From an uncultured Fibrobacterota bacterium (GTDB taxonomy: Bacteria > Fibrobacterota > Chitinivibrionia > Chitinivibrionales > FEN-1185), in contig CAVWBU010000032.1 of NCBI GenBank assembly GCA_963753345.1, positions 32,001 to 96,000 on the forward strand: a stretch of 64,000 nucleotides of DNA. The letters run 5' to 3'. The notes under the pieces were generated by a model. That model worked only from the letters and a program-made list of their open reading frames with translations, was not told where the DNA came from and ran no database searches. The translations under genes and the position numbers were made by a program. Below, piece by piece: positions 51,909 to 61,891 of the stretch. Every line of letters begins with the position of its first letter. The first letter of the stretch is position 1.

Positions 51909-52784
51909 TCAATACGATATGGTATCCTTGAACCGCCGATGGAACCATCCGAAATAGTGCTCCGGGTACTGCTTGATCCACCGGGACAGTACGTCGTTAT
52001 GCGACGTCTGGACCGCGGCGATGAATTCGTCCTTGTTGTCGCGGGAGACTTTGATTGCGGGCGCCGCTTCAATGGCGATGTCGTACGATCCGTCAGGCTT
52101 CAGCAGCGCAAAGGGAAGCACGATGCCGCAGTCTGTTTTGTGAAGCAGTCCGGCAACGGTGCGCACCGTGTTCGCTGGTTTTCCAAGAAAAAGCACGGAC
52201 GTGCCCTGGTCGGCCGCGTACTGGTCGATGAGCATGGCGATGATGCCGTTGCGGGCAAGAACGGTAAGCATTTTGCGCAGCGCGCCCGAGGCATAAATGG
52301 GCGTCACCCTGGCCTTCTTCCTTTTTGCCAGCAGCCATTTCTCGACCCTAGGGTTGTGCATGGGCCGGGCAAGAACGTTGAGGTCGGAAAAATGCGAGCC
52401 GAAGATGGCGGCGAGCAGCTCCCAGTTGCCGAAATGCGCCAGCACGGCGATCATTCCCTTGCCCCTCGCAAGGGCCTTGTCGACCTCGTCCAGATTGTTT
52501 ACGGTGCAGGGGGGGGGCCTCCGACGTCCGGCCCGAAGAAAATCGGAACCGTACCTGCCGATGTTTGCGTACAGGGCACGGAGGGTTTTCCGACGTTCCT
52601 CTCCGTCAAGCATGCCGACGTGGTCGAAGTTCCTCTCAACCACCTTCCGGTAGACGCCCGCATAAAAAAGCAGCATCCCCACCGCCGCCCCTGCGGCCAG
52701 CGCACACCGGCGCGGCACGGCGCACACGATAAATTCAACGGCGCGCAGGCCGCAATATTCAAGAACATGGGAAAGGAATTTCAT
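51909..52784 (-). CDS. Lipid A late acyltransferase (HtrB/MsbB family)
   Basis: AHFGNWE, IAMLIDQ, FLG, WI.QYPE.YF.WFHRRFK. Confidence 0.88.
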   Translation of the reverse strand: MKFLSHVLEYCGLRAVEFIVCAVPRRCALAAGAAVGMLLFYAGVYRKVVERNFDHVGMLDGEERRKTLRALYANIGRYGSDFLRAGRRRPPPCTVNNLDEVDKALARGKGMIAVLAHFGNWELLAAIFGSHFSDLNVLARPMHNPRVEKWLLAKRKKARVTPIYASGALRKMLTVLARNGIIAMLIDQYAADQGTSVLFLGKPANTVRTVAGLLHKTDCGIVLPFALLKPDGSYDIAIEAAPAIKVSRDNKDEFIAAVQTSHNDVLSRWIKQYPEHYFGWFHRRFKDTISY

Positions 52785-52878
52785 GGCGCTGCACGTTTGG
52801 GATACGGCGCGGTTGACGCACGCGCCGTAGGGACGAGCGAGGAAGAACCCCTGACTGGCATGGAAGGGCACCGCACGA

Positions 52879-53184
52879 TTATTCGTCCTTCCCGCGTTTT
52901 CTCAGCCACGCAAAGAGACCTCCGGAAAAGCCCCCTATGCCGATCATGAACCCGAAATCGTACCACCTGCCCGCGTTGGGATACGCGTAAATCCTGATAT
53001 GGTCGGAAAACAGGCTTATAAAGAACGTGACCGGGGCGAAAAATCCCTGCCACAAACCTTTCCAGAATCCGGGGCCTGTCTTTGCAAGAGGGATGAGGTG
53101 CGGCTGCGTTGCGGCGCAGGAAACAAGGAGCATGGCAGCCAGCAGCAGGAGAACGCAGACAAGCACACGACGGGAATGAGCCAT
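52879..53184 (-). CDS. Small membrane lipoprotein
   Basis: Lipobox LVSC; 'GFWKGLWQG..IY..PN.G.WYDFGF' motif. Confidence 0.7.
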   Translation of the reverse strand: MAHSRRVLVCVLLLLAAMLLVSCAATQPHLIPLAKTGPGFWKGLWQGFFAPVTFFISLFSDHIRIYAYPNAGRWYDFGFMIGIGGFSGGLFAWLRKRGKDE

Positions 53185-53412
53185 GAGGTTCCTTTCATTG
53201 GGGCGCGGCGTTGGCAAATCCTCCTGAACAAATTACGTAATTCGGTGCGGAAAAACAAGTTTGCCGCCCGGCGGGAACAGGCGAACCATCGAACTGCCGG
53301 CGGCACGCGGTTTGTGACGGCCGGAATTGCAGATTGCGGAAAAACAAACGGCGCCGGCGAATGCCGCCGGCGCCATGTGCAAACAGTCCGAAGTGTATTC
53401 CGCTCTCCTGCG

Positions 53413-53916
53413 TTACTTTTTTCCTGTGGTTCTCTTCCCGGCATTCTTTTGCTTCTTGGAGGAGGCGGCTATCTCCGCCACGCGCCTGGCCGCCTCGCGC
53501 TTTCCGATTCCCCGCAGGGCTAGGAGCTTGACGAGGGTGGAACCGCGCAGCCTCAGGCGACCGCCCTTGCGTTCCATAACGTAAACCGACTGGCCCGATA
53601 CGCCGAGCAGCGCGGCAAGCGAGTCCTGGGAAAGCCCGAGATTCTTCCTGAGCGCCCGCACCGTCTTCGATGTCACGCGGATTTTTGCATCGGCTCCCTG
53701 GGCGACCGCGGATCCGGTTGTTTTCTCCAGAAGCGCGTTCTGAGCGGCAGCGAGACGCTTGTTTTCCGCTTCGAGAGCCGCCACTCTTTTCTTGAGGGAA
53801 GCGGCGGTCCGTTTGAGGATGTAACTGGCGCTCCGCAGCGGGGTGACGGACGCCCGCACTTCCTTGCGGCTTATCCGGCCGATCTCCGCTTTCAGAATCT
53901 GGGACAGATTAGGCAT
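53413..53916 (-). CDS. Coiled-coil plus XRE-like HTH protein
   Basis: MPNL..ILKAEI.RISRKE; LRKNLGLSQ..LA.LLGVS.QSVY..E. Confidence 0.8.
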   Translation of the reverse strand: MPNLSQILKAEIGRISRKEVRASVTPLRSASYILKRTAASLKKRVAALEAENKRLAAAQNALLEKTTGSAVAQGADAKIRVTSKTVRALRKNLGLSQDSLAALLGVSGQSVYVMERKGGRLRLRGSTLVKLLALRGIGKREAARRVAEIAASSKKQKNAGKRTTGKK

Positions 53917-53978
53917 GAAACGGTCCTTTCTTTTGATGAAAAATCGACTCTGTCAAACATGACACTGCAAACACATCC

Positions 53979-54007
53979 AAAATACAAGTTAGCTTGAATT
54001 TCGTCAA
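53979..54007 (-). promoter_or_regulatory. Putative sigma70 promoter of the HTH gene
   Basis: Minus strand TTGACG-17 bp-TATTTT. Confidence 0.4.
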
Positions 54008-54089
54008 GGAGAATAACGAAATTGCGTTGAAGGAGCGTGCGGCCCCTAACTGGAGTTTTGACGCGAGCCTCGTAGAATTCCGCGGGTTT

Positions 54090-55382
54090 CTACTTGTTGA
54101 TGACCGCGGAATTCGGCGCTGGCAGTCTGAGCGCAAGGACATTGTCGATTGTCGCGCGCGAAACCTGGGCCGGAAGGCCGGGCAGCAATGAAGCAACGCT
54201 CGCCGGAACGTTCGCCGGATGGATGAGCGCGAGCTGGACCTGACGAGTCTTCACGTCGAGCAGGATCACGAAGAGGCGGTAGCCGGTTTCGGGCCGCCTG
54301 AAGGCCGCGCCCGGGCCCTTGGTGGGCGACGAGGTCGCTCCTGTGGATGCTTCAAGGCTCGTGGACTTGTTGACAAGATCGACTTTTGGATCGAGGCCCG
54401 AGACTTTGCAGGCCTGACCGCACGGACCTTCGCCCACGTACCCGGCATACCCGAAGAAATTGGTGGAAAAAACGTCGAAGTTCTGCGAGGAGTTGTTGTC
54501 GTTGACAACCTCGAAAACGTTGAACTGGCCGCAGCCGTCGGCAAGCCACCACTGCGTCGGGTCTTTCGCGTAGCACTGGCACGACCCGAACGCGCCCGAG
54601 CGCACCATTTCGCCGTGGGACAGACCGATCCACGGCGCGTCGTACCAGCCGTTGGTGGTGTCGTTGCCGCAGTTTTGTGCGGCGGGTATGCCGCTGGCCG
54701 AAAGCCGGGGCATGTAGGCCTGAAGGATTATCATCTTCGAACCGATCCATCCCCAGTACTGGGTGTCGCTTGTCGGAGGGCAATAGGGCATGCTTCCGGT
54801 GCCCGTGGCGAATTTCCTGTTTGTCGAGACATTGACGAGGCAGGTGTTGCCCACGATGCCCTGGAAACCGGCGGTTTCGGTGTTGTTGCCTTTGAAGGCG
54901 ATTCCGGTCATCACCGTCGGGCTCGCGTTGTCCCACATCGATACGCGGCTCCATTGCGTCACGTTCGTGGAATCGGGCTGATAGGCCGCGATCTGCTTGA
55001 CGATCATGGGACCGCGCAGCGTCATGATGAGGTCTTCGTCCCACGGCGTAAGGCTGTCGCTCGTGATAACGTACTTTGCCATGCAGCAGGTGCCGCTGCT
55101 CTCGGCGTCGCACGGGCCCACGGCCGGGTCCCTGCGGCTGGGAAACCAGCCCGGCGCGCCGATGTTCTGGAAGGTGATGGTGCCGCCGTCCGATGTCGCG
55201 TCAAGAGCGGTCTTGTCGAATGTGACGCCGGTCGCGTTTGCACTGCCGGGATTCTGCGGGACTGCGGGGCCGAGATTCGGTTCCGGCGTGTTCATGCCTT
55301 CCGAATCGTTGCAGCCGGGGAGCGTCGTGATCAAGGCCGCGAATACGGCACCGCAAATAACGGTTCTCAGGGCATTTTTCAT
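54090..55382 (-). CDS. Lipoprotein resembling fungal Tos1/DUF2403-DUF2401 (GH16-like fold)
   Basis: Lipobox LPGC; 'PWDEDL..LRGP..VKQIAAY', 'DAPWI', 'CQCY..GCGQFNVFEV', 'F.RP' (family recalled, not searched). Confidence 0.6.
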   Translation of the reverse strand: MKNALRTVICGAVFAALITTLPGCNDSEGMNTPEPNLGPAVPQNPGSANATGVTFDKTALDATSDGGTITFQNIGAPGWFPSRRDPAVGPCDAESSGTCCMAKYVITSDSLTPWDEDLIMTLRGPMIVKQIAAYQPDSTNVTQWSRVSMWDNASPTVMTGIAFKGNNTETAGFQGIVGNTCLVNVSTNRKFATGTGSMPYCPPTSDTQYWGWIGSKMIILQAYMPRLSASGIPAAQNCGNDTTNGWYDAPWIGLSHGEMVRSGAFGSCQCYAKDPTQWWLADGCGQFNVFEVVNDNNSSQNFDVFSTNFFGYAGYVGEGPCGQACKVSGLDPKVDLVNKSTSLEASTGATSSPTKGPGAAFRRPETGYRLFVILLDVKTRQVQLALIHPANVPASVASLLPGLPAQVSRATIDNVLALRLPAPNSAVINK

Positions 55383-55500
55383 AGGGTTGCTCCTTTGTGG
55401 TGGACGGCGTAATGGGAACGGATCCTTAGGGGCCTTGCAGTAATAATAATGAGAAACAGGCCGGAATGAGGAAGACAGGCCGGAATGCAGGAAGAATTCA

Positions 55501-57354
55501 TCATCCTTTCTGCATTTTCTTGGCCATCCGCTGCAGCTCCGAAACCGCTTTCCTGTTGTATTCGTGGTCGGGATTGTTGCGGAGCGCGTTGCGGAGCTGC
55601 CACCATGCGTCAAGCGCATCCTTATAGGTTTGTTCGGTGGGATTCGCATCGAATTGCGCCGTGAGGCAGAGTGCCGTATAATAGGAAACTTCCTGCCGCA
55701 GAACATCGTAATCGATAAAAGCGTGCGGAACGGTAAGGCTCTGGGCAAGGAGACGCCTGCATTCGGCGTAGTTCTGGTTGCGAAACGCGAATTTAGCCTT
55801 TTCAAGAATGAACTCGCCGTCGTTGACGCTGTTGCTCTCAAGCATCTGGGCGAGCCGTCCAAGGTTTCCGGTTGCCTCGAATACCCGCATCCTGAGAATG
55901 AGCGGCTTGGGCGTGTGCGCGACGTCCTTGGGAAGGAGATCGTACAGGGATAGCACGTTCTGATAGTTCCTTGCCGCAAGCTCCTTTTCCATTATGACAA
56001 GGTTGTCATCGGTGCCGTATTTTTCCCGGAGCGACGAAAAAAGTGAGGCTGGTTGCGCCGTTTCGCGGCTGGAAAGACTTGCGGCCGGGGCAGGAGACGG
56101 CTGCTTGCCCGGCGAAGCCACCCTTGTCCTGGCGGCGGCGGTCTGATGCGGCTCAGGCGCGGCCGCTTCCGAAGGCGCGGGCTTTGCCGCCTCCGTCTGC
56201 ACGGGCGGGGCCGGTACGGCAGGGCGCGGAGCGACGGCTTGGGATGCGGGTATTGACATAAGGGAATATTGGGCCAGCGGCCACACAAGCACATACATCC
56301 CTGCTGTCGCCGCCGCAGCAAGGCACACGGCGGCCACCGCCTTGAGCGGGAAGCGGCGCCGCGTGGCCAGGACGGTCTTTGTGCCCTTGCCCGCCGTGAA
56401 CGCGGCCATGATCTGTTCCGGGCTCCTGTTGGTGAACAGCGCATGGATCTTGTGCAGCTCATCGAGCAGGGCCGCCGCCGAGGGCTCGCGTTTGTCGGGC
56501 GCCTGCTCCATGCATTTGTAAATGAGACGCCGCAGCCTCGGCGGCAGTTTGATGTGAAATTCCTCCAGCGGCTTGAATTTGTTCCTTGACTTGTCGGCGA
56601 TAAGCTTTGGCAAATTTGTTTGCGGGAACGCCACCACGCCCGTCACGATCTCGTACATGGTGACGCCCAGCGCGTAGATGTCGGTGGTGACGTCGAGCTT
56701 TTGCTTTTCGAGCTGTTCCGGCGCGAGGTATTGCAGCGTACCCGCCACGAGGCCGTCCATGGTGTGAAACGAAACGTCGGCGGGCCGCGCGATGCCGAAG
56801 TCCATGAGCTTCACGATGCCGCTGGAACAGATCATGATGTTGGCGGGCTTGAGGTCCCGGTGGATCACGCCGTGGTAGTTCTTTCCGTAGATGGAACAGT
56901 CCTGGTTGTGCGCGTAGTTGAGCGCGCGGCAGATCATGATGCAAATGGCGGTGCACACCACGGGCGGCAGCGCACCACGCTCGGCAATGAGAGCGTCGAG
57001 GCCCACGCCTTCCAGCTTTTCCATCTCGATGTAAGGGAGGCCGTTCCATTCGCCGACCCCGTGGATTTCCACGATGTTCGGGTGGGAAAGCTTGGCGGTG
57101 ATTTTTATTTCGGTCTGGAAACGCTGCCGTGTGGATTCCGAGGATCCCGGGTTGATCAGCTTGACGGCACGGTACATTTCGAGCTGGGAATTCCAGATTT
57201 CGTACACCGCGGCCATGCCGCCCTGGCCGAGAAGCTTGGTGATGACGCCCGAGCCGAGCGGAATCCGCTCTTTTCCGTCCGGAAGCGCGACCGGCGAAGG
57301 CGTGTTGGAGAGTGCAACGTTTCTTACGATTATCTTGTCGTTTGCGTCGTCCAT
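55501..57354 (-). CDS. Ser/Thr protein kinase with TM and C-terminal TPR-like region
   Basis: GQGGMAAVY, AVK, HRDLKPAN, DFG, YLAPE, DIYALG. Confidence 0.9.
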   Translation of the reverse strand: MDDANDKIIVRNVALSNTPSPVALPDGKERIPLGSGVITKLLGQGGMAAVYEIWNSQLEMYRAVKLINPGSSESTRQRFQTEIKITAKLSHPNIVEIHGVGEWNGLPYIEMEKLEGVGLDALIAERGALPPVVCTAICIMICRALNYAHNQDCSIYGKNYHGVIHRDLKPANIMICSSGIVKLMDFGIARPADVSFHTMDGLVAGTLQYLAPEQLEKQKLDVTTDIYALGVTMYEIVTGVVAFPQTNLPKLIADKSRNKFKPLEEFHIKLPPRLRRLIYKCMEQAPDKREPSAAALLDELHKIHALFTNRSPEQIMAAFTAGKGTKTVLATRRRFPLKAVAAVCLAAAATAGMYVLVWPLAQYSLMSIPASQAVAPRPAVPAPPVQTEAAKPAPSEAAAPEPHQTAAARTRVASPGKQPSPAPAASLSSRETAQPASLFSSLREKYGTDDNLVIMEKELAARNYQNVLSLYDLLPKDVAHTPKPLILRMRVFEATGNLGRLAQMLESNSVNDGEFILEKAKFAFRNQNYAECRRLLAQSLTVPHAFIDYDVLRQEVSYYTALCLTAQFDANPTEQTYKDALDAWWQLRNALRNNPDHEYNRKAVSELQRMAKKMQKG

Positions 57355-57558
57355 ATAACGGTTCGGTTGAGGGACTGGGTTTGGGGCGGGAACCAGTTAT
57401 TGACCCTGCATTTTTCCACAATTGCCAACATATTGTAATTATACCCTTTCTCCCGTTCACTTGCCCATAAGTTTTGCCCGCCGCAGGCGAAGAGGTTCGT
57501 TGTTGCCTGAATGCGGGTGCAAAACAACGGTGCGCATGGAGCGCGCGAACAGCGGTTT

Positions 57559-60132
57559 TCACTTGACGACGAGGAAACCGACGGAACAAACGCGCGCTCC
57601 TGTGCGGAATTCAGCGAGATACTTGCCCGGTCCGCGGCAATTGCCGTCCCACAGGATTTCATTCGCGGTTGCGGCGACCGACCGCCTGAAGACGCACTGA
57701 CCTCTCATGTTGTAAATTGAGAATGAGCCCGCGGCGCCGGTTCCCGGTTGTGAAGGAGCGCGATTCTGCGGCAGGGAGAACCGAATGATGCCTTGGGCCG
57801 ATGCACGTCGACAAAGTAGAGCATCCGGCGGAAGGCCGCGGTTCCGGCAGGGGACCGCAACCGGGCTCGGAAGCGGCCGGGGAAGTCGGTCGGCGAACGG
57901 GTACTCGCAGAACGCCACGAGGTCCTGCCGCTGCTGAACGGAGAATCCGAGCACCGCATTGTTCGCTTTTTCCGCTTCGCCGCCGTGCCACAGGATCGCC
58001 TCAAGAATGCTTCGCGCGCGGCCGTCGTGAAGATAATTGCTTCTGCCGGTCCCGTCGGCGACGTAGCCGAGTCCCCACAGCGGCGCGGTCCGCCACTCCG
58101 ACCCGAGCGCGCTGTCGCTGCCGTAGGCGTCCGCGAGGCCGGGCCCCATGTCGTGGAGCAGAAGGTCGGTAAAGGGCTGGATTTCCAGGTTGTCAAGCTC
58201 GGCGAACCGGTTTCCGACGCCCGTCCGCATCGCGGGGACATGGCATTTGCCGCACCCCGAGGTTCCGAACAGCGCCTTGCCGCGGATGGCCGCGGAATCC
58301 CGCCAGTTTTTTCTTTGGGGAGGCGCAAGCAGCGCGGCATAGGAAAGCAGCGCCGAAAGCCCGCTGTCCGGCAATTCGACGGCAATGCCGCCGCCGCTGT
58401 CAACCGGGAAATAGCGGTTGGTGAGGCCGAGACAGCGGTTGGCGCAATAGGCGATTTGTCCCACAAGGCTCGGCATCGACGCCTTGTATCCGAACCTGCC
58501 AAGGTGCTGCGTGCCGTCAACGGGGTCCACGGCGAAAAACGGCCTCCCGGAAATGCCGTCGCCGTCCCTGTCGTCCGGATCCGCGCGGCTCAGGATGGCG
58601 CTGTCGGGGATGGCGGCAAGAAGCCCGGTGCCGCACAAAAAGGGACTTATCCGGTAGGAGTACACCGCGCCGCTCCCGAGGGGGCCGTGCGAAAGATTGA
58701 CAAAATTGACAAGCGGTTTCCGCAGCTCGTAGGATTCGCCGCTGGCGAACGTGCCCGTAACAAACGTGTACGAAACCTGCACGTTCCCGTCCGGCGCCAT
58801 CCCGCCCGTCGCTTTGCAGCGGAGCATGTCGCCGTACACGGGGTGCGGTGAAAGCATGCCGGCCGACGTTACGCCAAGGAATACGATCGCGTCAAGCGAA
58901 TCGCCCGCGCTGTCCGGCGGGTGTCCGGGCCCCGCCTCCCGGTGGCATTCGTAGCAGCTCTCCTGCAGGTACCGGGGCCCCAGCGCGCCCGAAACAACAA
59001 AGGGGCTCCGTTCGTTTGCAGGCGTGGTGACACCGCCGTTGCAGACCGGGAGGGGTCCCGCATTCCGAAGCATCGACGTGCTCCAGTCGGTGCAGAAGAA
59101 AGTCCTTCCTGTCAAGAAATCGAGGGACCTGCCGGGTGCGGCATCCACGACCTGCTGGCCGAACCCGAACGCCGGCTCGGTCACCACGCTCACCGACGCG
59201 GCGCCTGCGGCATTGGCCCACGGGTGCTGGTACTGCTGACCGAGCCGTCCGTCACCGACATAGTACCGGTGAACGGCCGACGTCTGCACCGTTCCCGAAG
59301 GCGCCTCGGTGAGAGAAAGTTCGAAATCGACCAGTTCGCCGGTGGCGACCGAGGCTATGGTTGCGGTGTACCAGGGGACCGCGCCGTACGGGGATCCCTG
59401 CGGGAATGCCGGCCCTGGCCCTGTGTGCTGCGAAACAAGAAGATTGGTGCTGCTGCCCATGTTGAGCGCGTACTCCGCCCGCTTGCACGCCGAATCGACG
59501 GGCACGTGGTTAAACGCGTGCAGTTCAAGGCTGCTGCTGTTTGCAGAAGGGAATACGGCAAGCTCGATGCTGTCTCCGTAGTCCTTGAACACGAGCGTGT
59601 ACACCGTGGCGGCATACGCTGCGCCGGGGAACCTGTCCGCCCCGAGCTCGTTTTCATGACCGTCCCGGAACCGTCCCGAGCACTGGACCAGCAGGGGATA
59701 AACGGCCTCCCCGCCAAACGCCATTCCCATCGTTTTTGTAAACCATTTCGTGTCGCTTGCGAACGTTCCGGTTCCCGTGAGCGGGACGCATTGCAGCGAA
59801 TAGTAGTAGTCGATTGCCGAAGGCGGCACGGCGGGGACAGCCGCGGAAAAACAGTCGCCGTTTCTTGTCATCGCAAGCGTCGCCGGCGGGCCGTTGTCCA
59901 TGATGTACGTGAGATTGACTCCCGCGATGGCCGCCATGTCGTCCGAGAATTTAAAAGGGAAGTATTTGAAGACCGCGCTCCCGCCGCTTTCCACCACGTC
60001 CTGGGTGAAGAAATTGATATGGACAAAATCGTAGGTGACGGCTGCCGCGCGAAAGCTGAGTGCGGCAATTGCGCAACAAACGATGGGAATTGTTCTGTTT
60101 GATCGCACGATACCCGCCGCAGCGCAAGCCAT
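57559..60132 (-). CDS. Secreted di-heme oxidoreductase (DHOR) family protein with N-terminal extension and sorting-like tail
   Basis: LGP..SCYECH, DPDDRDGDGISGR, GRFGYKA, GCGKCH, PFTDLLLHDMG, WRTAPLWG, YLHDGRAR. Confidence 0.85.
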   Translation of the reverse strand: MACAAAGIVRSNRTIPIVCCAIAALSFRAAAVTYDFVHINFFTQDVVESGGSAVFKYFPFKFSDDMAAIAGVNLTYIMDNGPPATLAMTRNGDCFSAAVPAVPPSAIDYYYSLQCVPLTGTGTFASDTKWFTKTMGMAFGGEAVYPLLVQCSGRFRDGHENELGADRFPGAAYAATVYTLVFKDYGDSIELAVFPSANSSSLELHAFNHVPVDSACKRAEYALNMGSSTNLLVSQHTGPGPAFPQGSPYGAVPWYTATIASVATGELVDFELSLTEAPSGTVQTSAVHRYYVGDGRLGQQYQHPWANAAGAASVSVVTEPAFGFGQQVVDAAPGRSLDFLTGRTFFCTDWSTSMLRNAGPLPVCNGGVTTPANERSPFVVSGALGPRYLQESCYECHREAGPGHPPDSAGDSLDAIVFLGVTSAGMLSPHPVYGDMLRCKATGGMAPDGNVQVSYTFVTGTFASGESYELRKPLVNFVNLSHGPLGSGAVYSYRISPFLCGTGLLAAIPDSAILSRADPDDRDGDGISGRPFFAVDPVDGTQHLGRFGYKASMPSLVGQIAYCANRCLGLTNRYFPVDSGGGIAVELPDSGLSALLSYAALLAPPQRKNWRDSAAIRGKALFGTSGCGKCHVPAMRTGVGNRFAELDNLEIQPFTDLLLHDMGPGLADAYGSDSALGSEWRTAPLWGLGYVADGTGRSNYLHDGRARSILEAILWHGGEAEKANNAVLGFSVQQRQDLVAFCEYPFADRLPRPLPSPVAVPCRNRGLPPDALLCRRASAQGIIRFSLPQNRAPSQPGTGAAGSFSIYNMRGQCVFRRSVAATANEILWDGNCRGPGKYLAEFRTGARVCSVGFLVVK

Positions 60133-60271
60133 GAAGTTTGCGCAGGAAGTGTCCCTAAAACACGGACTCGGTGAATGGAAAATAATTTGCCACGGGTGCA
60201 GAGGGCTGTGCGATGTGCGTTGAGTGTAAAAAGGAAGACAAGAAAAGGAGGTGGCGTTCCCCGCGCCTACG

Positions 60272-61891
60272 TTACTTCGCCATGGTGACGAGCAGCTGGC
60301 CGGGCCGCTGATTCTCGTACAGCAATTGTATCCAGCCGGGCGACCGCGCGGCGCGGGAAATGCTTATCTCGTCAAGGTCTCCGAACAGGTACTGGTTGTC
60401 GTATCCGAACACGATCCTGTCCCTCGGATTATCGCGGCACAGCGCGACAAGACTGTCCACGGCCAGGCCGGTTTGCGCGCCGTCCACAAAGAACGAAGCC
60501 GAACCCGACGAGGCGTTCCAGGAGAAGGCGACATGGTGCCATCCGTTAAGCGCGAGCGCCGCGGCCGACACCGCCGTCCCGCAGCCCTTGCCGCCGAACG
60601 ACAAATGCAGGCCGTTTGAGTCGCCGGGCGCGTCGCCGAAGTACAGCCTTCGGGCGCACGAATCCTGGTTCACGGCGGTGTCCTTCGAAACAATCGTGCA
60701 GCGTTCCCTGCGAAGGTTTATCCACAGCACGATGGTGAAATCGCCCGACGCCATGGTAAGTATCTGTTGACTGACGAGAATATAGTCGGCCCCGTTGAAG
60801 TTGTGGCCGGGTCCGATGAGGCCGGTCCGGTCCACCGCGCTGATGAAGTTCGCCCCGAAAGCCCTGTTGGCCGTCGCGTCCGCAAAACCGTCGGCCGTTC
60901 CAAAGGCCGTTGCCGTGTCGTCAAGGTGCCAAACGCCCGCGAAACCGAAAGCGGTGTCGAATACGGCGGGGCCGTTTGAAGCGTTTGCCACGCCGATGTT
61001 TCCCCACGACATGGTAATGAACTGCGCCGCCGAAGCGGGATACACCGTATCAACCGACACCCATACGACGGCTTGTTTGCCGGCAGGGTCCCATTGCGCA
61101 ACCTGGAAATGAAGGGGCGTGCCGTCCTGCTTTGCAAACCGGATGTCGGAACCGTCGGAACGGGCCTGGCCGAACGCAAAGGTGCTGTCGAGCCGGACAA
61201 GCAGCGGGAAATGGGTCACCATGGCCGTGACGTTCGCGCCGGTCGGAGACGTGTTGATGAGTATCTTCGCCGAATTCGACACAAAGGCGGTGTCGGACGG
61301 CGGCACGTTCACGTTACTGCCGAGTATAACCGGCGCGGCCGCACCGGTCTGTTCAAAAACAATGGAAGGTATGGCGCCACGCGGCACCGAGTCAAGGGTA
61401 ACGGATTGGACGTGCGCCGGAACATTCCGCAGGAATGTGGTGCCCGGGATGTATACCTGTCCGCCGAGAGAATCCGCGGCACCGGCGAGGCTGATGACGA
61501 CGGTCCCGGGCTTTCGCAGCGTGTCGGGGGAAACGGTGAGCGAGTCCTTCTTTGCAAGCGCGATTCCGGTGATAAGCAGGGATGTGCCGTGCGCGGGATT
61601 GATGGCTTCTATGTTGTATGACCCCGGAACTACCTTGTCGAATGCGTAAGCGCCGTTGACGTCGGTGGTGTCTCCGCGTGCGGTTTTCGCAAGCTGGTCG
61701 TGCGCAGGATTGAAGTCCGAGGGAATGAGCAGGACGCGGGTGCCGGGAGCGGGCACGCCTGCGGTGTCGGTGATAATCCCGTCTACTTTTGCGTTTTCCG
61801 AGGAACTGGTGCCGCCCGCAATCTGAGGTGTGCCGCAAAGGCACAGCAGGCCGAGGGAAAGCGCGGCCGCGGCCAGAAACAGCGCTCTCAT
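60272..61891 (-). CDS. DUF2341 + LamG-like lipoprotein with carboxypeptidase-regulatory-like N-domain
   Basis: Lipobox-like CLC; FPLLVRL..DGSDIRF..WV; GVWHL; WHHVA; GDLDEI..RS..WI. Confidence 0.8.
   Translation of the reverse strand: MRALFLAAAALSLGLLCLCGTPQIAGGTSSSENAKVDGIITDTAGVPAPGTRVLLIPSDFNPAHDQLAKTARGDTTDVNGAYAFDKVVPGSYNIEAINPAHGTSLLITGIALAKKDSLTVSPDTLRKPGTVVISLAGAADSLGGQVYIPGTTFLRNVPAHVQSVTLDSVPRGAIPSIVFEQTGAAAPVILGSNVNVPPSDTAFVSNSAKILINTSPTGANVTAMVTHFPLLVRLDSTFAFGQARSDGSDIRFAKQDGTPLHFQVAQWDPAGKQAVVWVSVDTVYPASAAQFITMSWGNIGVANASNGPAVFDTAFGFAGVWHLDDTATAFGTADGFADATANRAFGANFISAVDRTGLIGPGHNFNGADYILVSQQILTMASGDFTIVLWINLRRERCTIVSKDTAVNQDSCARRLYFGDAPGDSNGLHLSFGGKGCGTAVSAAALALNGWHHVAFSWNASSGSASFFVDGAQTGLAVDSLVALCRDNPRDRIVFGYDNQYLFGDLDEISISRAARSPGWIQLLYENQRPGQLLVTMAK

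Noticed and set aside
53190..53410. Possible c-di-GMP riboswitch upstream of the small lipoprotein
   Set aside because: Only a GGCAAAC fragment; the GAAA tetraloop and GACGCAAAG elements are absent.
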